The notes under the pieces were generated by a model, which searched no databases, was not told the origin of the DNA, and worked only from the letters and a program-made list of their open reading frames with translations. From Octopus sinensis (lineage: Eukaryota): 11,199 nt of DNA. Each line of letters opens with the position of its first letter. Position 1 is the first letter of the stretch. This document shows positions 1 to 9,308 of the stretch, piece by piece. The position numbers and the translations under genes were made by a program. The stretch is from positions 1 through 11,199 of the forward strand of contig NW_021827055.1 in NCBI RefSeq assembly GCF_006345805.1, in the 5' to 3' direction.

Positions 1-203
1 TTATCGAGAGTATATATTGTTATTAAATGCTCGAAATGCGAGACTAGAAAAACAGCCAACAACTGATGAAGGGTCGTTATTTATGCTGTCTTGGTTTCCG
101 TTGGTAACTTTGTTGTTCGAAAGAATTGTTCATGTACTAGTACGCGTGCTTCGTACTTTTTGTTGTACACGTTTCATGACGTCCTGTGCCCACATATGCA
201 TAT

Positions 204-629
204 GATATATATATATTATATATTATATATTATATTCTAATAAATTAGAGATAAACCCACTATTAGGCAAATCAAACAGTGAAAAAACTAAGCCAATACA
301 TAAAATTAATTTCAAAATATAAAAGTTAAAAATAAAAAATTATTTAAATAATTTTAAAACTTATTCAATTTATATATATATACAAATATATATATATATG
401 TATGTATGTATATTTTTAATTTATATATTATTTTATTAATTAATTATTAATTAATTAATTTATTTATTTTAATTTTTTTTACTTTATATATCAAACGTAT
501 TAAAAGTTTAATAAAAGATAAGTAGATGTAAGAATGTACATATACGTATGATATATATATATACATATATAGATTACATAATATATTATATATAGATATA
601 TATGTATGTCTATATATATATATTTATAT

Positions 630-662
<33 letters not shown>

Positions 663-735
663 GTATATAATATAATATATATATATCTATAATAATATAT
701 ATATATATATATATAATTTATACATATGTATGCAT
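204..735. repeat. AT-rich low-complexity region with degenerate (TA)n/(TATG)n tracts
   Basis: Interrupted TATATA runs at about 204-236, 371-430 and 540-735, with A-rich and T-rich spacers; almost no G/C. Confidence 0.9.
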
Positions 736-839
736 ATTGGTTTCTGTATATTTACTTATATTTATCTGTGTGTAGCTGTTTATGATTGTGACATACAGCC
801 AGATACTTTAGAGAAATTATTAGTTTTATTTCATGGAAA

Positions 840-980
840 CCAGTACGTTACTGGTACTTTATTTTATCGATCAAGGAAGGATGAAAAGTAGAATTGACCA
901 GAGCAGGATTGAACTCAGAACGGAGGTCTCGTGAGTAGCCATTACGGCAGAGGGATAACCACTCTGCTACATCGCCGCCC
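840..980 (-). mobile_element. Old, 3'-truncated copy of tRNA-derived SINE family B (same family as 10045-10449)
   Basis: 'cagtacgttactggtactttattttatcgatcaaggaaggatgaaaag...gattgaactcagaacg...actctgctacatcgccgcc' aligns colinearly by eye with 10296-10443 ('cagtgcgtaactggtacttaattaatcgatcccgaaaggatgaaagg...aatttgaactcagaacg...attctgccatctcgccgcc'). Confidence 0.85.
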
Positions 981-1074
981 GATGGAATGAAGTCGGAGAG
1001 AATGAGGAAGACAAGGGTGGACTATGAACTTCCTTCCCATCCACAAGTGAAATTGTGTTCGTACGACACACAGA

Positions 1075-1330
1075 CACAGAGGAGAAAAGAGAGAGGGGGG
1101 AAGAGTGGGGAAAGAAGGAGGGGTGAGGTGGGGGAGAAAAAGGGGGTAGGGGGGAACTGAAAAAGAAAAAATGGAAAAAGTTGCTATGAGGAGAAGGAGA
1201 GGTAGTGGGGGAAAGAGCGGGAGTAGAGGGAAGAGAGTGGGGGAGAGAGAGAGGACAGAGCAAGGGTGGAAGGAGGGGAGCGAATGAGAAAGGCAGAGAG
1301 TGAGAAAGTGAGCGAGAGAAAGAGAGATGC
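1075..1330 (+). repeat. Polypurine (GA-rich) tract with multiple G-runs
   Basis: Almost entirely G/A; G-runs at 1095-1100, 1107-1110, 1120-1123, 1130-1134, 1142-1146, 1149-1155, 1207-1211, 1219-1221, 1228-1230 and 1239-1243. Confidence 0.9.
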
Positions 1331-1333
1331 GGC

Positions 1334-1516
1334 AACACCAACACCACCATCACCACCACCACCACTGTCACCACCACCATCGTCACTACAAACTAACTAC
1401 TACTACTACTACTACTACTAACTAGTTCTAGTATCACACCAACGCCACCACCTCCACATTTGCCACCACCACCGCCACCACTACTACAACTACTACTACT
1501 CTACTACTATAGCTGT

Positions 1517-1551
<35 letters not shown>

Positions 1552-1643
1552 TACTATAGCTACTACTACTACTATAGCTACTACTACTACTACTACTACT
1601 ACGACTACTACTACGACTACTACTACTCTACTACTATAGCTGT

Positions 1644-1684
<41 letters not shown>

Positions 1685-1771
1685 TAGCTACTACTACTAC
1701 TATAGCTACTACTACTACTACTACTACTACGACTACTACTACGACTACTACTACTCTACTACTATAGCTGT

Positions 1772-1815
<44 letters not shown>

Positions 1816-1856
1816 TACTACTACTACTACTACTACTACAACTACTACTACTACTA
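1334..1856 (+). repeat. (CAC)n grading into a long (CTA)n microsatellite with ~127-bp higher-order units
   Basis: CAC/CAA repeats at 1334-1480; CTA array to 1856; marker AGCTGTT recurs at 1511, 1638 and 1766. Confidence 0.95.
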
Positions 1857-1964
1857 GTTGAAACCAGCTTTTTCTAGCTGCTGCTGCCCATGTCTCAATA
1901 ACTGACTACTTTGCTTGGCAATTCTATAACTGATGTCGCTGGAATAGAAATACTAAACTAACCT

Positions 1965-2465
1965 GTTCCTCTTCTTTCTTCCCTTCTTTGTTTTCCTCTC
2001 GAACAAACCTGCTCCTCTTCTTTTTTCTCTTCTTTGTTTTCTCTTTCCTTCTTCCTCTTCTTTCTTTCTTTCTTTCTCCCTTTACTTTCTCTCCTTCAAA
2101 CTTTTTATCCTCGTTCTCCTTTCACAGTCTCTTTCTTCTACGCCGCCGCTTCACTTTTAATGCATCTACAGCCGTCTCTCTCTCTCTCTTTCCCTCTATC
2201 TCTCTCTCCCTCTATTCCCCTCTCCCTCTATCTCTCTCTTCCTCTATCTCACTCTTCCTCTATCTCTATCTCTATCTCCCTCTATTTCCCTCTCCTCTAT
2301 TTCCCTCTCCCTCTATCTCACTCACTATCTCTCTCGCTTTCTCTCTCCTGTTCTTCCGCTCTCCCTGTTTCCCGCTCTTCCGCTCACCCTCCTTCTCTCT
2401 CCCTCTCTCTCCCTGCATCTCCATTCGCTCTAACCACTCCACTTCCCCCGCCACTTCCCTATACT
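1965..2465 (+). repeat. Polypyrimidine (CT-rich) low-complexity tract
   Basis: CT/CTT/CTCTAT/TCCCTC degenerate repeats. Explains ORFs 1988..2710, 2034..2699 and 2272..2454. Confidence 0.9.
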
Positions 2466-2598
2466 CTTCTAATATGTCATCAACTGTCTGTCAGCTCCCG
2501 ATGGTATTTTCACAAGAAGAGAGGCAACAAACTAGAGAACGCATTCAACACGCACACACTCACGTGCCTAAATATCTATTTAACTATCTATCTATCTG

Positions 2599-2599
2599 C

Positions 2600-2641
<42 letters not shown>
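2599..2641 (+). repeat. (CA)n microsatellite
   Basis: Near-perfect CA run preceded by a short (TATC)n. Confidence 0.95.
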
Positions 2642-2643
<2 letters not shown>

Positions 2644-2818
2644 ATATACCCGTACCCGTATACATCTCAACAACAATCCTACCACAAAACTTAACTTAAA
2701 AAACTCTTAACAGTTCCTATCAGGTGGTCCACTTCCCTTTGATTTGGCCCGGGGTCAATTTTTCCATGAAACATATTTAATCTTTATATCTATGTTACCT
2801 CCACGCCACATACACACA

Positions 2819-3080
2819 TGTGCGTGGCCTGGTGGTTAGTTTGTTCTCACAATCGGTAGACCATGGGTCAATTTACCTGACCGGGCGACGCATTGTCCTT
2901 GAACGAAAAACTTCATTTCACGTTACTCCAGTCCACTCAACTGTAAATGGATCGCCCCGCGACAGAGTAACCATTCATTCGATCAAGATGGATATTGGCC
3001 TAATCGCCAAGCCAGTCGGGTGGCATCATTCGAAATGCATTGTGATCAGCGGGGTGTAACAGCATTTGACGGTCAGGTCG
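2819..3080 (+). mobile_element. Diverged tRNA-derived CORE-type SINE (family C)
   Basis: A-box-like TGGCCTGGTGG at 2825-2835 and a decayed B-box near 2865-2875. The segment 'tgtccttgaacgaaaaacttcatttcacgttactccagtccactcaactgtaaatgg' (2894-2950) follows the layout of the CORE domain (TGTGACCTTGGGCAAGTCACTT...CTCATCTGTAAAATGG). The 3' boundary is approximate. Confidence 0.7.
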
Positions 3081-3136
3081 ATATCGCAATATATCGTAAC
3101 ATCATGGTAATGATGTTGCGATATATACATATATGG

Positions 3137-3449
3137 TTCAGTCATTTGACTGCGACCATTCTGGAGAATCTCTTTTCCCGAACCGCGATGTTACGGGTAC
3201 GTAAACACATCGACATCAGCTGTCAAGCGATGGTGGAGGGACAAACACACACACAGACACACACACATATCCATGCACACAAACAAACAAACACGCCAAA
3301 TACGTTGGGCTTCTTGCAGTTTCCCTAACAAAGCTTCGGTCGGACCGCGGCTATAGAAGACACTTGCCCAAGGTACCATGCAGTGGGACTGAACCCGGGA
3401 CCATGTGGTTGGTAAGCAAGTTACTTATCACACACCCACTCCTGCGCCT
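3137..3449 (-). mobile_element. tRNA-derived SINE family A, near full length with two internal deletions
   Basis: The reverse complement reads 'aggcgcaggagtgggtgtgtgataag...ccatggtcccgggttcagtcc'-like head (A/B boxes), then 'accttgggcaagtgtcttctatagc', an internal (TG)n and the tail 'ctccagaatggtcgcagtcaaatgactgaa'. It is colinear with 9488-9880. Confidence 0.9.
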
Positions 3450-3511
3450 ACACACACACATATATGTATGTATGTATGTATGTATCTATGTATGTATGCA
3501 TGTATGTATGT
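3450..3511. repeat. (CA)n + (TATG)n microsatellite spacer between two divergent SINE heads
   Basis: Direct reading of the sequence. Confidence 0.9.
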
Positions 3512-3521
3512 AAAGAAATTC

Positions 3522-3637
3522 GCATGACTGTAGGTAAGAACTTCACCAAGCAACCACAATGTTTCGCGTTCGCTCCCACCTCTTCACATCTGCCGTGTCT
3601 TCTACTATAGCTTCGAGCCGGGCAATGTCCTGCGAGT
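3522..3637 (+). mobile_element. Old 5' fragment of SINE family A
   Basis: 'ggtaagaacttcaccaagcaaccaca...gtgtcttctactatagcttcgagccg' matches the head of 9488-9600 ('ggtaagaagcttgtttcccaaccata...ttttctactatagcctcgaaccg'). Confidence 0.75.
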
Positions 3638-3840
3638 AAACTGCCGGACTTCAAATATGATCACTGATGATTATATTTGAAATAACCAATATTATAATCG
3701 ATAATCGGAGTGTCATGGAACCATTGATTGGTCACTCAGAGAAATAACATAAGACAAATAGACATTATCAAAATTTATTCTAAAGTGAAGCTGTTCAAAT
3801 CAAAAGATTTAGTCTTTCAACTTTCTTTCGATTGTTCACC

Positions 3841-4215
3841 TACGCGCGCGAATACACACACACATACACACACACACACACACACACATACACACACACA
3901 TACACACACACACGCATCAATCGCACACATACACACACATGGACAGGGTGAGACAGAGAGACAACAAAGGATACGGGGAAAGAAGAACAGGGAAACACGT
4001 GACCAAATATCAACACACACGCGCACTCACGCGCACGCACGCGCACGAACACGCCCGCTGCACGCGCACACATTATTTACAATATTCCTTATTTGCTGTA
4101 AACCGTACACTGTTACTATTATGTATGCGTCTGTGCATATGTGGGTCTGTGTGCGATGCACGTATGTTTCAAAGAATTATGTGTGTATGTAATTTGGGCG
4201 TGTGCGTGTGTGTAT
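3841..4215. repeat. Compound (CA)n/(CG)n ... (TG)n microsatellite region
   Basis: CA runs at 3855-3940 and 4012-4072; TG runs at about 4120-4215. Confidence 0.9.
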
Positions 4216-5030
4216 GTTAAAAGAAATATACAGACAGAAACAAATTGATTGATATTTGGCATTTACAATATTACTTAAAAGTAGCCAGATTCTGTACGAA
4301 TCAGCGAATGCGTTATTTACTGATTTCTGTGTATCTGTTACTGAGGGGGTTAAATTAACCGAAACACTAATGTCTATCGATCTACTGTCGTTAGTAAGAA
4401 CGAGATGTGTTTTTATCATTCAAAGACTCTTCTATATTTGTTTAAATTCTATAAATATTATACACATCGTTATTCTTTTAGCAAATACACATTTTAGCCA
4501 ATGAAATTTAGGATATCCTCTTTAAACATGGAAGTGTCTGAGTTCACTCTCTAATTCCCTTTTCTTCAAAATTACAAAAATTTTCAACAAAATATTATGC
4601 TTACATGAGAAGAGATATAGACCACACCTTGTGAAGCCATTAATGTATCAAGGAGCACATTCAATAACGTGCGTTTCCATCTTATGATTGGTAAGGCTAT
4701 ACTTTAAGTTCCAGATATATTTGGAGAGTGAAGTGGTAGGACGCCTTCCCGTGCATATGAATGTATACCTTTGTTGCTAGATTCTTTATAAAAACAGATT
4801 TCCAGGAAGTTTACTATAACCATCTGTTTTAGTGTTACCTGCAAGATTGACCATAGTACGATATGTTAATGCTTTCCAAAGCCACGTTAAGAGAGCAGAT
4901 TATAGAATTGGTGGAATTTACACGGATAAGAAATATTTTGCGTGATCGTTCGGAAAAACTAATCCTTCTACATACTGGCTACCAAATCAGTAAGATTTTT
5001 GCCCATGTTCGCATTCCACATAGCGTCATG

Positions 5031-5108
5031 GTGAGCTTACGTGGTTAAAAAATTGTCTCGCATCCGTAGTGTTTGAGTTGGGTGCCACTGCGTGGCACAT
5101 TGAACAGT
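5031..5108 (+). mobile_element. Decayed SINE family A head fragment
   Basis: 'cttacgtggttaaaaaattg...ccactgcgtggcacattgaacagt' resembles the family A head; compare the reverse complement of 3361-3390, 'agtcccactgcatggtaccttgggcaagtg'. Confidence 0.55.
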
Positions 5109-5164
5109 CGTCAGATCATTGTCTAGGAAGCAGATTTTATTAGATACAAACTCTTCTTCCCATT

Positions 5165-5189
5165 GAGTGTATATACAAACATACTTACA

Positions 5190-5268
<79 letters not shown>

Positions 5269-5315
5269 TTATCTATCGATCTCTCGCTCTCTCTCTATAT
5301 ATGCATGTGTGCATG

Positions 5316-5346
<31 letters not shown>

Positions 5347-5435
5347 GTGTGTGTGTGTGTGCGTATATTTATGCATATAGTGTATATATATATATATACA
5401 CACACACACATATATATACATACACACACATGCAT
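5165..5435. repeat. Compound microsatellite (TATC)n-(CT)n-(TA)n-(TG)n-(TA)n-(CA)n
   Basis: A (TATC)n run at about 5190-5278 followed by TA/TG/CA tracts. Confidence 0.95.
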
Positions 5436-5562
5436 ATCAAAAGAGATGTTCTATAAAGCATCATAAAATATATAACCACAGTAATTAAGAGCACCGTTAA
5501 TTATCGGTCATTAAACTCCTCCAGCACGTTAAAACGTTGTAATAAATCAAGTGGGAAAAGCT

Positions 5563-5565
<3 letters not shown>

Positions 5566-5615
<50 letters not shown>
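5566..5615. repeat. (TA)n microsatellite
   Basis: Perfect AT dinucleotide run. Confidence 0.95.
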
Positions 5616-5617
<2 letters not shown>

Positions 5618-5663
5618 CACACATACTCGGTCAATGCGATTTTTTAGTGCAACTTGTATTGAG

Positions 5664-6127
5664 AATAAAATGCAGAAAAGGACAAATTTCACACATATAT
5701 CGTAATCTAATTACTTTCACAGCTGTTTCAAGAGGAATAAACATAATCAATACTATAATTACATAATTCATATGAATTAATTCAAATTATATTAAGTTAA
5801 AGCAATCTTTGTCACAAATCTTCAAGAATATTCTACTGACTATTTTAGTCATAAAACGTTGCTGAAATTATATTAAATTCTTTAATTACATTTAATTCTC
5901 ACTTATATGAATACCCGCAACGGTTTATAGCTAGTACATCGGTAACATTTCTGATGATTTCGGATAACTATTGCTTTAACTTAATTAATTTTTGATTAAT
6001 TTTCATTAATTATATACTTTAATTGTGTAACTACAGAATTTAAAATGCTTATTCTTGATGAAACAGCTGTTGAAAGTAATTTAATAATAATGTATTTGTG
6101 ACAGTTGTGCTTTTTCTGCTTTTTATT
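5664..6127. repeat. Long imperfect inverted repeat (fold-back, MITE-like), arms ~215 bp, centre ~5884
   Basis: Colinear complementary blocks: 5664-5680 with 6111-6127; 5711-5744 with 6045-6079; a perfect 16 bp ATTAAGTTAAAGCAAT at 5791-5806 with 5970-5985; 5851-5862 with 5917-5928; 5872-5878 with 5890-5896. Confidence 0.9.
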
Positions 6128-6312
6128 TTAAACACAGACACGCGGATATAATAATTTTGAATTATTATATACACCTTGTAGTTTGTTTTTTTTGCCGTTT
6201 AAAGCCCGTTTAATGTATTCGGCAACCTGATGTCATCAACAGTATGGATTTAAATGCTACTGGATATACTTCAGGAATTCCTTCGTGTCCGTAGCGTTTA
6301 GAAAATATGAAA

Positions 6313-6354
6313 AAGAGAGAGAGAAAGAGAGAGAGAAAGAGAGGGGGGGAGAGA
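6313..6354 (+). repeat. (GA)n microsatellite
   Basis: GAGA/GAAA run. Confidence 0.9.
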
Positions 6355-6850
6355 AAATCTTTATTATTCATTACGTTCATTTCGACCCATCGTGCCTCGG
6401 TGCCTCAAACTGATGCTGTACAAATAGCTGCGGTCAATCGTTGGTGCAGATGTTTATCATCAAGTGATTTTTGAAAAGGTACCTAGTTTTTAAATCTCTG
6501 TTTCGTTTATTTCGATTAGAATACATTTTGGTAGTTGTCTTTTACTGTCCATATATATATAAGAAACTTGAGTTAAAATGAAGAAGAATGACTTACAAAG
6601 AATAAAGAAAATTGAATAAGTATAAAAACAAATAACACACACACACACACATTCAATAATCTAACTGAAATAATTGAAAGCGGCTAGTTTTATACAGTTT
6701 GAATTTACTTAGGCCCGTATGCCGTACAGGTTACTATGAGATTTTTGCGGGGCTAAAATGGAGCATCGAGTTATTTAATGAGGAAAAGAGTAACTTACAA
6801 TTTCGGAAAAATAATTAGTGAAAACAATGAAATCTAGTAGAAAGTATTAG

Positions 6851-6905
6851 GGGTGGTGCTCCAGCATGACCGGAATCCAGTGATTAAACCCAGTACATAA
6901 AGCAT
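6851..6905 (+). mobile_element. Isolated 3' tail fragment of SINE family A (or of its partner LINE)
   Basis: 'ggtggtgctccagcatgaccggaatccagtgattaaacccagtacataaaagc' matches the tail 'gatgccccagcatggccg...ctctaatgactgaaactagtaaaaga' at 9823-9872. Confidence 0.65.
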
Positions 6906-6919
6906 AAAAATACGTCTTA

Positions 6920-7047
6920 ATATACATTATACATACAAACATATATATACATACACAAACGTACACACACGTGCGTGCACACACACGCAAATACATACAT
7001 ACATACATACATATATATATATTATATATATATATATTATATATATA

Positions 7048-7090
<43 letters not shown>

Positions 7091-7335
7091 TATGATTGTG
7101 TATGTATACACGTATAATATATGCATACATGCTTATATATATATATATATATATATAATATACATTTGTATGCACAAAGGTTACGGAAACTCTTATCACC
7201 ATCATCGTGAGCAATAATAACGACAATATTGGTGACGACGACGATGATGATGATGATGATGATGATGATAATAATAATAACAATAATAATAATAATAATA
7301 ATTATAATAATAATAATAAATAAATGAATAAATAA
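6920..7335. repeat. Compound microsatellite (CA)/(CATA)n-(TA)n-(TG)n-(TA)n then (GAC)(GAT)n(AAT)n
   Basis: Direct reading; explains ORFs 6847..7353, 6927..7283 and 6975..7217. Confidence 0.95.
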
Positions 7336-7444
7336 AGATAGTAGTAATCTCATTTGAAATCATTTGAGAAGCAAGTACAAGTTAAGTGTTAGATTTATAG
7401 ATATATTGTGAAATTTCTTCTGGTTTTCCAAAAAACACAAGATT

Positions 7445-7680
7445 AATAATGATGATGATGTAGGTAGGTAGTGGTGGAGGTGGTGGTCATGTTCACGGGG
7501 ATGAGGAGGTGCTGGTGGCGGTGGTGTTGCTAGCAGAGGTGGCGGCGTTGGCGTTGGCGTTGGCGTTAGTGACGACACTGACAATGATGTTAATGACGAC
7601 GATGTTGCTTTTGTTGTTGTTGTTGTTGTTGATGATGATGATGATGATGATGATGACGATGGTGATGATGATTAATAATA
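7445..7680 (+). repeat. Compound trinucleotide tract (GAT/GGT/GGC/GTT) with (GGCGTT)4
   Basis: GGCGTT hexamers at about 7544-7567; GTT and GAT runs at 7605-7670. Confidence 0.9.
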
Positions 7681-7984
7681 AAAAAAAGAATGATTGAAAG
7701 CGAAGCCAACGTAAATGATTGATGAGATAGACTTGTGCATAATAAGCTGGCAGGACGTGCGATATATTTGCGTGTGAAACCGAACCCCGATGCGAGTACA
7801 ATGTACTTTTTGTACTCTTTGTATGGTGTGGCAGCGTTGAAACGAGGAACCAACGCCTAATTCCGAGATTCTTGTCTTTGGCTTTTGTTGGTGAGTTCAT
7901 TTCTAGCAAGACACAAAGTCCTTAGTAAGAACGGATAAATAGTTTGCGGGAATTAGGTTTTTCATCACTGCCATGGAAATTATA

Positions 7985-8056
7985 TAACAACAACAACAAC
8001 GACAAAGACAACAGCAATATCCATGACAACGACAGTAACAACAACAACGGCAACAA
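7985..8056 (+). repeat. Degenerate (CAA)n microsatellite
   Basis: CAA/CGA/CAG triplets. Confidence 0.85.
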
Positions 8057-8149
8057 TTGTAGAATTTAATGTTAAGTATTACAAAGAATTCTTTCTATCT
8101 TGGAATATGAAATGAGAAGATCATTTCAGTGTGTTTGCCTGGCGGAAGT

Positions 8150-8170
8150 GTTTGTATGAATGTGTGTGTT

Positions 8171-8236
<66 letters not shown>

Positions 8237-8320
8237 GTATGTGTGTATGTATGTATGTATGTATGTATGTATGTATGTATGTATGTATGTATGTATGTAT
8301 GTATGTATGTGTATATATAA
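8150..8320 (+). repeat. (TG)n-(TA)n-(TATG)n microsatellite
   Basis: Direct reading. Confidence 0.95.
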
Positions 8321-9308
8321 ACATAAGCGAACTTTAAGTTTATTAGAATATGTTTGTGACATATTTCAACTTCTAATGACGAATTTACTCCAATTACCGA
8401 GAAAAAAAAATTATTCTCTCTTATGGCAGAAGGTGTGAAAACACCATATCTGCCCAGTGTTGTCCAGTTTCGGATTCCCAGACGCAGCGTTTTTGGCTCT
8501 TTTACCCTTCCTCAATACCAAAGAGATAAAAATATGGGCAAATTTGAAGCTGTAGTTCTAATTGATTTTATTATATGTTTTTTTTTTTTTAAGTAAAAAA
8601 TGGCGTTAGAATCAGTGAATCCATTTCCGGGACAAATTTAAATGTTGAAGTGAATCTAACGGTTTCAATTGCGTTTTTTAAATGGCTTATAAACATCTTC
8701 CACGCTGCAATTGTTTTTGCTTCAGCACACGATCTAAGACCAGGTCACTTGCTATCCAAGTACATCTCCATTTTTTTTAGGTCAATAGAAACTTTTATTG
8801 AGAAGAAGGTGAGAAGTTTATATTTTATTTCATTCAGCAATGTAACTACACGTGGTACGTTGGCGACGTCTTCTCCCCCCTCCTTCTTTAGACTTTTCTC
8901 TTTCTCAATTCCGACGAAGACCTATGCCCGAAAAGTTAAATTCGATCCTTTTCCCGGAACGAAAAATCAAATTGAAGGCTGGTTATTGAGGAGGTCGTTG
9001 TACTTTAATGATCATAGAAGAGATGGTTGCAAGCGATGCAAAGCAAAGCTACTGAAGTGTTTTGGGAGTAGATTACTGATAATGATTACAGAATATAGTT
9101 GTTTTACATGAAAGTGAAATTTCTTGTCAAAAACAGCCACATAAATGGTGTAAGGAAATTGAAGGAAGACGTTGAAACTTCCCCTCTGCGAGTTTGTTTT
9201 CTTCAACAGCAAAGGGAGCTATTTTTTTTAGGAGAGATAAGCTTACAAAAGCCCCTTTATTCTGTCTACCCACATAGCCTGCGCATAAACTAACTAATTG
9301 GTATGGAA

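Noticed and set aside
1-125. Hammerhead ribozyme from CGAAA (32-36), CTGATGA (63-69) and CGAAA (118-122)
   Set aside because: No arrangement yields helix III with a cleavage triplet together with helix I. It may be a decayed Penelope-like repeat end, but I cannot support that.
833-987. ATGGAA as TSD of the old family B fragment
   Set aside because: Only 6 bp, and the element lacks its 3' tail, which does not fit an intact insertion.
3127-3466. ACATATATG as TSD of the minus-strand family A SINE
   Set aside because: Low-complexity sequence within microsatellites and offset from the element end.
3664-3690. CTGATGA-ttatattt-GAAA hammerhead-like spacing
   Set aside because: No helix II pairing and no helix III.
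8911-8938. Penelope-type minimal hammerhead relic CCGACGAAG...CCGAAAAGTT
   Set aside because: The core is mutated (CUGA to CCGA, GAAAC to GAAAA) and helix II does not pair. It is non-functional and may be chance.
8650-9111. 153-aa ORF in unique sequence
   Set aside because: It has a GTG start, a composition typical of AT-rich non-coding DNA and no recognisable motif. Only the embedded microexon candidate was retained.
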